Below, one piece after another: positions 52,001 through 64,000 of a stretch of 64,000 bases of DNA. The notes beneath the pieces are model-generated. The model was not told the DNA's origin, did not search any database, and was given only the letters and a program-made list of their open reading frames with translations. Position 1 is the stretch's first letter. The number at the start of each line of letters is the position of its first letter. The position numbers and the translations under genes are program-made. Source of the DNA: Octopus sinensis (taxonomy: Eukaryota); the NCBI RefSeq assembly GCF_006345805.1, contig NC_043003.1:90892001-90956000 (forward strand), read 5' to 3'.

Positions 52001-53418
52001 CACATACAGATGCATATAACTATTAAGAATATATACTCGCATACACATACACACAGATATCACTATTGACTTAAGAAGACATACATGTGCACAATAATGG
52101 ATATGAATAAATTCACATATACACATATGCACAATCATACATGCACACATGTATGCACACACACGCACATACATGTATATGTAACATGTATGCATATAAA
52201 TATACATATATTAATCACAAAAGAATGGTACTGAAACATCCACTTTAGCCAGATGCAATGCTGAAAATATAAATCTTTCTTGAAACAGATAAACAAACAA
52301 TAACCAAAAGCATCATCAAGTTTATCACAATACAGTTATAAAACCAGCACTATAATAGATAAATAATTTTAAAAAACAATAAATTAATACTTGATTAAAA
52401 TAAGCAACCAAGAAATTGAAACAACAAATTCAAAATTTAAATTCATAAAAAATATATCTCAACCATTTTCTTGTGTTGGGATTTTTGGTAAAAGTCTAAG
52501 CTGTGATGGAAGAAAGCGAAACTAAACAGAAACCCAACAACCACACAGCATTCATTGATTAGAACTCAATATAATTATTTTGGTTGTTAATGATGATGCA
52601 AAAAAAATTATGATTGTAATTAATGTGTCATTGTTTATGCTGAGAGTAAATATAATTGTTATTAGTAAAACTGTTTTAACAATAATAACAATGTTTTATT
52701 GCTGGTTTTAAGGTCAAATATCAGTGTGGATTATTTTGATTGTTAATAGCAAAAATATTTAACAATCAATATAATGTTTTATTGCTGTCTTAAGATTAAA
52801 TACCAACATAATTATTCTGGTTGTTAACAGAACACATACAAACAAATAAAATTGCAGTCAATATGGCTTTTTAAAGATTACTGGCTTTGAGATTAGCTAA
52901 TCAGCAGAATAATTTTGTTGCTTTTTATTCACAAAATAATGTCAATACAACCATATTGATATACTCTGATATTTTAATGATATGTTGATACACTAATAGC
53001 TTGATGGAACCAGCACTGAATTTTTAAATATAAAACAAAAAAATATGAACAAAGAAAAAATACAAACAAAAAAAATCAAAGATTGGCAATCCATATAGCT
53101 ACCATATACCAATTGCCAAATTCTTGATCTTTTTTTTTGTTAACTGAACATAAATAATAATCAAAATAAAGAATATAAACAATATTATTTTTTAAACAAT
53201 TAGAAGAAAGAAAGAAAAAAAAACAAAATATTGAAATATATCAACAGTGTTAAGAAAGCAACTCAGTTTCATTTCTTCATAACAAGGAAGTAAAGCAACA
53301 TGTTGAAAATAATCAAACAGTGAAATTCCAAGTAAGAAAGTACAATGAGGTCATATCAAATTGGTTTCGAATCTACCTTCTTACCCAAATGTCTCTTTCA
53401 TTATGATCACACTGTCCC

Positions 53419-54172
53419 ATAGCATGGCATGACTTTACAGTGTGCAACTTTTCATCAAACAACTTTGTATTGAAATTAATTTTTATAGAACAAATTTGTA
53501 TATCATTGTATTTTCAAGTGATTGTTTTTACTGAAACAACTTTTCATTGAATTATGTTTAACACAGGAGATAATGATACTAAAAACTATATAAGAAAAAA
53601 CAAATGTTAAGATTTGGGTTTGAGTTTACAATTAGAGATTTTTGTTAGCATTAAGGTTTAAGTTTAGAGTTTAGGTTACAAATTAAGGTTATGGTTTAGA
53701 AATTAATATTAATGTTAAGATTTGAGGCCTAAGGGTTAGAAATAGGGTTCAGGTTTAGCATTTATGACATAAGTTTGGGGTTTAGAGTTTAAGGGTTTAG
53801 GTTTAGAACTTAGAGTTAAAGTTTAGGACCAGGGTTTAGGATTGGGTTTAAAGTTTAAGATTAAGGTTAAAATTTGATTTTGCTAATAGCTTAGGGTTAA
53901 TTAGAGAGGGATACATTTATAAAATTTTCTAAAAAAAATTTAATAAGTTCTGGGGGTATTTTGAAATGACAGGTCAGAGTTATGGGTGAAAGTCAGAGTT
54001 AACAAATGACGATGACGACGACAACGACAACAACAATAATAATACAAAATAGTTTATTTACAAATTCTACAAAAAGTCATTTCAGAAACAAGTAATTTTG
54101 TTGTAAATTAATTTCAAGAACAAGTCCTTTTAATTAAAAGTCAATCAAAGCAAAGTCATGTGACCATCCTAT
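53419..54172. mobile_element. Old TIR-bounded element with an internal degenerate (TTAGGG)-like array
   Basis: Diverged ~80-bp inverted ends ATAGCATGGCATGACTTT..TTGAAATTAATTT / AAATTAATTTCAA..AAAGTCATGTGACCATCCTAT; GTTAGG/GTTTAG hexamer variants at 53606-53905. Confidence 0.55.
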
Positions 54173-54822
54173 ACAACTGAAAAAGATAGTGGGTGACAGT
54201 GGCATGTAAGACAATTTTTTTTTTTTGTTTAAAAGTGACATGAAATGAAGGTAATCTTGGAGGTGGCAAAGAAAAACAATCCTCATTGTTAATCATATTC
54301 ATTTCACTTTCTTTCATATTTACTACTACCACTACCACCACCACCACCACCACCAGCATCATCATATCATCACTGCCACAGCTACCATAACCATAACCAT
54401 CATCAATAAGATAATTACTGACATCTACAGTGCCACCATTGTCACCACTAACACTAACAATTAAATGGCTGCTTGATCAGCTAGAAATAGCTAACACCTA
54501 ACCTAGAGCTGAACAACAATACTACTGCTACCACCATCAGCAACGCAACCACCACAACTATTAAATTTATCACCACCACTGTTTGATGACTGGTTGTGGT
54601 TATGGAGGTGATGACAATGATGATGATGGTAGTGATGATGACAACAATAACAATTAGTATTTGTCTTTACATTACCCTTGTTCTGAAACAAATAATGGAT
54701 TGATTAAAGTTATGATATGACCTCACAGAAGTTATGCAATTAAATAGAACAACATTTTAAGCAAGGTTCTTGCACTGCCATAGATAGGTTTCTCTTTGTC
54801 GCATTAGGTTCTTCATATATAT

Positions 54823-54855
<33 letters not shown>

Positions 54856-55021
54856 CTTATATCTGTGTGTGTGTGTGTGGTGTGAAGAGAAACAAAACAT
54901 ACAATATATAATATATTATTCATAAATTCATTTATATACATAAACATACATATACATATATAGTTATAGACAAATACATATATAAACACATGTACAAACA
55001 CATATTTATGCATATATATAT

Positions 55022-55058
<37 letters not shown>

Positions 55059-55202
55059 TGAGGTTATAAGAGGTAATGGTGTCACTAAGACCCAAAGGTG
55101 TCAGGTAATGCTGAATAAGTACTATAGACAGACCATAGTTAAGTTCCAAGTTTGGTGATTTTGCGAATAAGGGGTTCAATGTTGGTCATATGTCAGCGTG
55201 TG

Positions 55203-55456
55203 TATATAAGAATTTTTTACGCAATGAGATAAAAAAACCAAGGCTGTGTAGATATTAGAACATCTATTTTCTTTCCTCCACCTCACTCTCTATTTTGTAT
55301 CCTATCTAAATTAATTATTACTTAACCATCCTCTCACACTGTCTCCAATGAAGGGATATAATTAATAAATATCCTGGAAACAGCTGTAAGACCTTCTATC
55401 TATAAATGTTCTAATATCTACACAGCCTTGTTTTTTTATCTCATTATGCAAAAATT

Positions 55457-55464
<8 letters not shown>
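55203..55464 (+). mobile_element. Fold-back cassette (~62-bp arms) containing a hammerhead
   Basis: TATAAGAATTTTT..TGAGATAAAAAAACCAAGGCTGTGTAGATATTAGAACAT and its reverse complement at 55402-55464, ending in (TA)n. Confidence 0.8.
55341..55392 (+). ncRNA. Type I hammerhead, core variant CCAAUGA
   Basis: GTCT-CCAATGA-AGGGATAT aattaataa ATATCCTG-GAAA-CAGCTG-TA-AGAC; stem I GTCT/AGAC and palindromic stem III ACAGCTGT. Confidence 0.75.
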
Positions 55465-55512
<48 letters not shown>

Positions 55513-56851
55513 TATATACATACATATAGATACTCACATTCATGCAGAAAAAAGTTTTTTAATATTTCTTCTCCATGAAGTCTTACTAACATGAAAGGAA
55601 GACCTGGGGAAAAACTTTTATCTTTTCTAGTGAAAGTGGTGACTCTCTATTAAACCTTGATCACACATAATTTATTTTTAATTCTCTAAATCTATGTGTT
55701 TGCTTCCGTTGTTTTTGTTTCTTGCATGAGTTAGAGAGTTCTTGAAAGATATAATTATGAACTAGCAGAAGATGGACTTCACAAATGAACAGATATCTTA
55801 ATGCTAATCATTGCTTATTAAATCACTAATTTGTGAAACCAGTAAGTAGACTTCTAAGCATTTATTTAACCAGATAAATTAATGGGTCCTGCACAGTATC
55901 CCTTAGTAAACTTTATGCTATCTTTGAAATGTAGGCTATTCTCTAAAAGGCTCTAGTGAGGCCCACAATGGTGTAGTGCTACTGCTATATATACAGATAT
56001 CCTGGAAAACATTCTGAGAAGGGTTACTAGACAGAGATTGGTATTCTGTCACTATTGGCATTCTGTCACATGCTTCTGTCTCTGTCTCACAGGTGTACTA
56101 TATCTTCTCACTGTCTTTTCTATTACAACAACAGTTTCTCAAAAATATAAATGCAAACTAATGGAAGAAGGAATTCACACATAAATAGGTTCCTTAATGT
56201 TAACCATTGCTTATTACATTACAATAAAGTGTGAAGCTGGTGAGTGGACTTCCAAGTATCTATTTAATTTCATAAATTTATGACCCTTCAGCAATTTCCC
56301 TGAAGGGTTATTATTAACTGACATTATTATTGCCTAAAACCCAACAAACAACTCTTTGACAATGCAGCACTAAAAAGAAAGTGAAGAGGTGCATAAAAGT
56401 AATTCCTACAACTAGCAAATCATAAATATAATTAGATCATCCCCCTAAAAACACAGATCATACCACTCCTGGAATTATGTGTGTGGATTTGGTGTATAGT
56501 TAAAAACAAAGAAGTACCAATATATTTATTATTATCCCAATGAAAGTGTCTGAGAATAAAACAAATTAGGAACATGACAAGAATTGACCAATGAACAAAC
56601 ATCACAACAAATAAACTTCATGAACAAGATTATGAGTGTGTGTATGTGTGTGAGGGGAAAAGGGGGTTACATACCATAAAATATTTACATATATAATGAA
56701 CAAGAGACAGGTAATTCTGAACAATGGGATCATATATATGTGTGTGCGCTTGTGTACACATATACATATATATATATACACATACATACAAACACGCACA
56801 CACATATAGTGTGTATGTGTGTGTATCTCTCTCTCTCTATATATATATATA

Positions 56852-56902
<51 letters not shown>

Positions 56903-57042
56903 CAATTAAGATTCAAGTCAATTCTAATGAATTCACTTGAATACGGTACTTAACTTAGATGCACCAGAAAACTATATGGTGTTAACCATACAGTAATGTG
57001 GGGTGATTATAAACGAGAAAGAAGCAACAAGAATGGATTAGT

Positions 57043-57133
57043 TTTTAGTACAATTGTTTCATACAAAGACAGGCTTTATTAACAGTTGCAAATATTGCAG
57101 CAGATAAAAGTGTCCCGTACTCATCAGCTAAAA
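57043..57133 (-). ncRNA. Type I hammerhead ribozyme, intact core
   Basis: Minus strand TTTTAG-CTGATGA-GTAC[60-nt stem II]GTAT-GAAA-CAATTG-TA-CTAAAA. Confidence 0.85.
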
Positions 57134-58208
57134 CACATATGAGTTCTCCAACCATCTTAGTGGGTGAGGCTACACTCATGAAGTATTGGAGATAATTTCA
57201 TAATTAAGGCTTCATAATTCTATTACAAAATTAAATAAGTAATGCTGCTCCCTTGAAAGTAGTATAAGAAATTTCAATATAATAAGCAATTCCCTCACAC
57301 CTTGTAAACTGACTTCTAAGTATTGACCTGTAGTCTGTCAATGTATAGATAGTAACGACAACAATTTAAGACAGTAACAGTAATAAATAAATAAATTTAA
57401 ATGACCTCTTGCTAGTATTGCACTTATTTTCTCTTAATGTATTTCCATTTGATGATAACCTTTGACCCCTCTATCCCTGACCTTGTTATCTCTTTAGATT
57501 CTCGTATCTGCTTTCAGCTACGTCAGGTTGGCAATAAATAGCTGTTTACTGGTCAAAAATAATATTCTCCTTATAGTTCTTAGATTCCTGCAAATTCGAA
57601 GCCAGCCAGGCTGTCTACAAACTTTTCTGTGTAGTGGGTTACCTGCGACCCTTTTCCCTCTCAGTTGTCACAGCATACTCTATGTAGGCGTTTTTTCTTT
57701 TTTCCCTTTTTTCTTTTTTCTTTTTCTTTTTTCTTTTCTTCTCCCCTTTTTTCTTTTTCTTTTTTCTTTTTTTCTTTTTTCTTTTTTCCTTTTTCCTTGT
57801 TTCTTTTCTTCTCTTTCCTTTCTTTTCTTTTCTTTGCTCCACAAAAATTCCTTCAGCCTTTAGAAGTCATAACATAGCAGTCTTGTGAAGAGAACAGTAA
57901 TGTGGCAAATACCTTATCATATAGCATGAAATTATACCCACCTCATTGTGGATTAACCATGGATAAATTCATCATCTGTGAGTATGAAACACCTCCTCAT
58001 ATCTCTGGAAATTTACACCTATACTACGGATTAATTCACCTTCTCTGTGAAGCTAATAAGCTTTTTAAAACCTGTGATCAGACTGTGCATCATCATTAAA
58101 GAACTTCGGAAGTCTGTTTACAACCTGAATCTGCTTTTAATGAAATTATCTCCAATACTTCATGAGTGTAGGCCTCACCCACTAAGATGTTTGGAGAACT
58201 CATATGTA

Positions 58209-58299
58209 TTTTAGCTGATGAGTACGGGACACTTTTATCTGCTGCAATATTTGCAACTTTTAATAAAGCCTGTCTTTGTATGAAACAATTGTACTAAAA
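58209..58299 (+). ncRNA. Type I hammerhead ribozyme, intact core
   Basis: TTTTAG-CTGATGA-GTACGGGACA...TGTCTTTGTAT-GAAA-CAATTG-TA-CTAAAA; 6-bp stem I, palindromic stem III ACAATTGT, predicted cut after GUA at 58293. Confidence 0.88.
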
Positions 58300-58385
58300 A
58301 CTAATCCATTCTTGTTGCTTCTTTCTCGTATATATATATGTGTGGTGTGTGTGTGTGTGCGTGTGTGTGTGTGTGTGTGTATATG

Positions 58386-58482
<97 letters not shown>

Positions 58483-58503
58483 CATACATACATATACATA
58501 TAC

Positions 58504-58558
<55 letters not shown>

Positions 58559-58570
58559 TAAATATATGCA

Positions 58571-59285
58571 CAGAGTGCGGTGAATAAATTGTCGCCTAAA
58601 TTACGCAAAAAGGAAAATAACACTGACATCTCATTTTAACAGATATATTTACCAAAATTGCCTTTAGTTCATATTTGATGTTACAAGGAGTTTTGTAGGT
58701 CTCTCGCTCAACTGTGCCCCATACATAATAATCAAGGGGATTGCAGTCTGGGGAGTTAGGTGGCTAGATGTTAGGGGTGATGTGGATACAAAAATTGTCT
58801 GACAGCCACAACTGGGTTTTCCTTCTGGTGTGGCATGGCACAGAGTCCTGTTGCCAGCAGCCACCCTCTTGACCCAGGGCAGCAATACTTCCTCCAGGCA
58901 CCTGATGAAGGCCTCCATGTTGAGTCTGAGGCCATGTGGGAAGATGAATGGAGGCATAATGTCATCATAACTAGTGATCAGTCCCAACATCATGATGTTA
59001 GCTGGATGTTTGATTTTTATCACTCAGTACATATCCTCAGATTGCACTGTCCTCAGATCGACACCCAAATACTCTGAAATGTTCATATTGTACTTTCCAG
59101 CCCAAATGCCAAGCAGTACAGCATGTTGTTTCCAAATTTTTGGCAGAGTGAATTGCGTGAGTGTGCTGTCTTTCTCACAGACAGTGCCCAAGTGACCCTA
59201 CAATACTGTGTAGTCAACAACATCAAAAACAAACAACGTGCATGCATGAAAAAAAAAAGCGACAATTTATCCATCATACCCTCTA
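58571..59285 (-). mobile_element. Second deleted DD37D (maT) copy, same family as 34108-35005
   Basis: TIR CAGAGTGCGGTGAATAAATTGTCGC; WQQDSVPCH...PPNSPDCNPLDYYVW with 37 residues between the two Asp. Confidence 0.88.
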
Positions 59286-59570
59286 TACATACACACACAC
59301 AAGCTTATTCTTTTTGTTCTCTTTTGTGATGAAACAAGTTGCAACATGTGTGTCTGAGGACATAAAAACAACTTAGTTAATGAATACATCAAAAGCAGTA
59401 TTGTAATTAAACTTAAATGTCTTGACAAACTGAAGTTATTCAACGTCAAAGACCTACTGTGAAGGTGTTACACACACCCCGACACACACACACACTCACA
59501 CACAAATATATATAAATATACATGCATGTATATATGGACATATACATGCACATATATATACACATGCATG

Positions 59571-59617
<47 letters not shown>

Positions 59618-61689
59618 CATACATATGTATGCATATATACATACATGTATGTGTGTGTGTGTGAGTGTGTGTGTGAGTGTGTGTCCTTGCCTTTAGTTTG
59701 CATGTTGGCTGCTGATGAGTGTCACCATCATGCAAGCAATGTCCCTAGTTTTCTTTTATACTACTTTGAACAGGATATGAACTGCTAGCCTTACAGTTGC
59801 AAGTCAAACACCTAAGCCATTCAGCTATGTCACTATGTCTCCTTAAGATTTGAAGAGTTATTTCCAAAACTTATGGGAAAGCAATCAGTTGGTAGCTCTA
59901 CATTGAAATTCTATATTCACCAAAGCATCAGGTCCTATAAAGGACATGCTGATGGCAATGTAGAAAGATGTTACAAAGGTTTAATGGTATCTGTGCCAGT
60001 AATAATAGCAGCAGTATTATTATTAGTAGTAATATCATTTGTTGAGTTATATTTCTCTACTACCTGATATATAGTTCTCTGCTGACATTTTTTTTTTTTG
60101 CTTGTTTTCTATTCTTTTGACTTGTTTTTGTTTATTTTTCTGTCTTATATGAAATGCACAAACGACAGCTGTTTGCAAAATGGTATATTCTAGTAGCAGT
60201 GAATTAGCAGAAACTGCGGGATAGTGGATTAAGTAAATGTAGTATAATAGTATTTTATTTTGGTTCTGAATTTTAGGCTGAAATCCTGCCAGGAAATCAG
60301 TGATGCATTTCATGTCTGTAAGACAGGTAAAAATAAACAACCAGATATCTATGTATATACTGTAGTCAATGCCTTCAACTATGTCTATCATTTCTTAGAT
60401 AAACTGATTGAATTACCTGGTCAAAAGAAATAAAAATGATATGCCATTTTGTTAACCATATTTCTATTGAAATACACCTTCTGTGTTTCAATTCATTTTG
60501 GAAATAATGAAGAATATAATGAAATAATTTTGTCAAAATTAAGCTGATGTTTGGAACATAAATCAGCAAGAAATTTTAATTTAGATTACTTTGAAACAGG
60601 AACTTTGTTTTATAGAGCCAAGGGCAGTCTTGGGTGGGCTGGTATCAATAGAGTTAAAGGCACAAAAATCTTATAGCTTCTTATAATGAAGTCTTGAAAC
60701 ATATAAACAGAGAAGAGAATATTTCGCTGTTACAAGTTTATTGAGAGTCTATTAGTATTCATTTTGAATTTCTGCAAATAATATCATTTAATAAAAGAAC
60801 CTAGACAATGTTTCACTCAGTCAAAATCATATAATTTAGAAGGAAATCCAAAACAACAGCATCAAGTCAACTGTAAGAATCAAAGACAGCTGAGAATCTT
60901 CCTGCAAACTACGTAATTCAATATGCATCTGAAAAATGCAATCTGTTGCACATTTCTTTTCTGCCAACGTTTTTGGCATAGTAGAGGAATAGTAAGATGC
61001 TTAGAGGCATCTATCCCAGTACATAATTTTTTTGTTGGGTGGGGAGGGGTTTATCCCCAGATCAGCTCTGATCAAATACACCTGTGATTAAAGATGTTCC
61101 AAGTATGACTTTCCCATCTTATATTTAAACAATGTATCCAAGACTATGCTGTTCAACATGTCCTCCCTCTTCCTCAATGTGGTAAAATGTACTCTGCTAA
61201 CCAATTGCTTTTTCATAAGTTCTAAGAACTATTAAAATCACAGAAGTTTGGTGCAGTCTCCTGCCTGGCCAGTTCCTGTCAAACCATCCAGCCCACGCCA
61301 GCATGGAAGGCATTAAATGATGATGATGATGATAATTCCATGAAAATTTCATATTAATTTATGTTCCAAATACTATCTTAATAATGAAAAAATTATTTTA
61401 TTAATTTTTCATTGCTTTAAAAATTAACTGAAATAGAGACAGTTTATTTGGTCAGAAATATGGTAATGAAAAGTTTAAGGAGACAGTGACTGACAGGTCT
61501 CAGCTAAATGGCCAACAGCAGCTCCATCAGCAGCTCACAACCTATCATGTGAAAGAAGAGCTATTGCTGTTGTTTTTATAATTGTTGTAACATTTCCAAA
61601 TACAATCCGTATCTGAGAATTTTCCGGTTCATTTTCTTGTCTCTCCATCTTCAACTTAATAAAGAATATATATATACTTTTATTCTTGT

Positions 61690-61899
61690 ACTCTTTTACT
61701 TGTTTCAGTCATTTGACTGAGGCCCTGTTGGAGCACTGCCTTTAGTCGAACAACTTGACCCCAGGACTTATTCTTTGTAAGCCTAGTACTTATTCTATCA
61801 GTCTTTATTGGGGACATAACCACACCAACATCGATGGTGGGGGGGGGGGCAAAGACACAAATATATACATATATATATATATGTATGTATGTATGTATG

Positions 61900-61931
<32 letters not shown>

Positions 61932-63103
61932 TGCATGTATGTATGTATGTATGTATATATATATATATATATATATGACAGGTTTCTTTCAGTTTCCATC
62001 TACCAAATCCACTCACAAGGCTTTGGTTGGCCCGAGGCTATAGTAGAAGACACTTACTCAAGGTGCTACACAGTGGGATTGAACCCAGAATCATGTGGTT
62101 GGGAAGCAAGCTTCTTACCACACAGTTACTCCTGCACGTATGGCTGTGTGGTAAGAAGTTTGCTTCCTGACCACATAGGGGTACAGTCCCACTGCATGGC
62201 ACTATGCACAAAGCTTTATGAGCAGGTTTGGTAGATCCCTCATAAGAAACCTTGCACGCATGCATATGTATGTGAGTGTGTGTGTGTGTGTGTGTGAGTG
62301 TGTGTGTGTTTGTCCCCAACTACCACTTTTCAACTAGAGTTAGTTTGTTCATATCCCCATAACGTAACAATTCAACAAAAGACACGAATAGAATAAGTAT
62401 GAGGCATAAAAGTACAGGGGCCAATTTGTTTAGCTAAGCCCTTCAATGTAATGCTCCAACATGGCTACAGTCCAATGACTGAAACAAGCAAAAGATGAAA
62501 TATATAGTAGGTCTGGTAATACAAACATGAAAAATAGAACTCAAAACATGAGTATATTCTTCTTTTATTCTTCTTTTATTTGTTTCAGTCATTTGACTGC
62601 AGCCATGCTGGAGCACCACCTTTAGTCAAACGAATCAACCCCAGGACTTATTCTTTGTAAGCCTAGTTCTTTTTCTATCAGTGTCTTTTGTCAAACTGCT
62701 AACTTACAGTGACGTAAACACACCAACATCAGTTGTCAAGCGATAGTGGGGAGACAGAGACACACACACAAATATATGCAAGCATATATATATATACAAT
62801 GGGCTTCTTTCAGTTTCCGTCTACCAAATCCACTCACAAGGTTTTGGTTGACCCAAAGCTATAGAAGAAGACACTTGCCCAGGGTGCCACGCAGTGGGTC
62901 TGAACCTGGAACCATGTAGTTGGGAAGCAAGCTTCTTATCACACAGCCACACCTATGCCTATATATGTATATATATATTACAAATGTTTTCCTTTGTCTA
63001 AAGAATTTCTAACAGGAAATTCCTTACATGCCTATCTAACATTACAAATTTTTGTAATTCCTATTGGCACAAATGAAACATATGTAATGGAGAATAAATA
63101 ATA

Positions 63104-63143
<40 letters not shown>

Positions 63144-63273
63144 TAGGAATGGCTATGTGGTAAGAAGCTTGCTTCCCAGTCACATGGTCCCAGGTTCAGT
63201 CCCACTGAATAGCACCTTGGGCAACTGTCTTCTACTACAGTCTTTGTAGACAGAAACAAAAAGAAGTCCATCG

Positions 63274-63305
<32 letters not shown>

Positions 63306-63408
63306 TGTATGTATGTATGTATGTATGTATGTATGTATGTATGTATGTATGTATGTATGTATGTATGTATGTTGTATGTATGTATGTATGTATGTATGTA
63401 TGTATGTA

Positions 63409-63497
<89 letters not shown>

Positions 63498-63705
63498 TTG
63501 TGTGTTTGTGTTTGTTCCTCCACCATTGCTTGACAACCGATTTTGGAATGTTTACATCCTGTAACTTAATGGTTCAGCAAAAGAGACTGATAGAATAAGT
63601 ACTAGGCTTACATAGAATAAGTCCTGGAGTCGATTTGTTTGGCTAAAGGCGGTGCTCCAGCATGACACAGTCAAATGACTGAAACAAGTAAAAGAATAAA
63701 AGAAT
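61690..63705. mobile_element. Cluster of four SINE family A copies in alternating orientation
   Basis: ~61690-62135 (-), ~62140-62495 (+), ~62560-62960 (-), ~63144-63705 (+). Confidence 0.8.
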
Positions 63706-63771
63706 ATATATATGTATGTGTGTGTGTGTCTGTGTGTGCATATATGTGTGTATATATATATATATATATGA

Positions 63772-64000
63772 TTATTATTTGAGGGAATAAAATCCAAACT
63801 TACAAGGAAAAAAAATTCAATTTAGAAATACTAAATCAAATTTCACACAATATAATATATATATAAAATATTAGAAAAAAAAACACCTTTTATCAATTCA
63901 AAATGAACAATTAAATTATACCATCTAGAAAATTACATATAATAGAAAAGTTAAAATTAAAATAACAATAAAATGTCAATGATTAAGTAAATTGCAATAA
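63772..64000 (-). mobile_element. 3' end of a relative of the 47513-48185 cassette, cut by the window edge
   Basis: GAGGGAATAAAATCCAAACTTACAAGGAAAAA..TTCAATTTAG..TAAATCAAATTTCAC is the reverse complement of 48110-48175. Confidence 0.65.

Larger units (their letters stand above)
57013..58329. mobile_element. 1.3-kb element with ~190-bp terminal inverted repeats, each holding an intact hammerhead
   Basis: Arms 57013-57201 and 58140-58329 differ at about 4 positions; the internal region is non-coding with a 140-bp polypyrimidine tract. Confidence 0.88.

Noticed and set aside
53606-53905. True telomere or fusion scar
   Set aside because: Repeats are highly degenerate, one orientation only, and enclosed by inverted termini.
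57902-58099. 65-aa ORF inside the hammerhead-bounded element as a Penelope GIY-YIG remnant
   Set aside because: No GIY-YIG, CCHH or RT motif recognisable.
59710-59750. GCTGATGAGTGTCACC as a hammerhead
   Set aside because: No GAAA box or closing stems; looks like a decayed SINE tail variant.

Overview
AT-rich, microsatellite-saturated animal genomic DNA. The SINE, LINE and microsatellite make-up is most consistent with a coleoid cephalopod such as Octopus (inference). No host gene can be named; there are only a few weak candidate micro-exons. Almost all ORFs in the supplied track are translated microsatellites. Recognisable content: (i) a nest of R4/Dong-clade (RT plus restriction-like endonuclease) non-LTR retrotransposon ends in (TAA)n tracts at 0.6-4.8 kb, including one 5'-truncated 2.15-kb copy; (ii) a full-length decayed mariner, two complementary deleted DD37D (maT) Tc1/mariner copies, and hAT- and piggyBac-type MITEs; (iii) several tRNA-derived SINE families and RTE-type LINE fragments; (iv) a 3 x ~450-bp tandem repeat. 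The most interesting signal is a set of about ten type I hammerhead ribozyme motifs (CUGANGA...GAAA-palindromic stem III-NUH) with unrelated flanking sequence. Most lie in non-coding inverted-repeat (fold-back) cassettes anchored in microsatellites, and several have stem II extended to 60-100 nt. Two are intact and face outward in the ~98%-identical arms of a 1.3-kb element (57013-58329). One occurs in a 325-bp tandem dimer (retrozyme-like) and one at the 3' end of a tRNA-headed SINE-like unit. This looks like a diverse population of non-autonomous Penelope-like/retrozyme-type elements. All coordinates were read by eye and boundaries may be off by a few bases.
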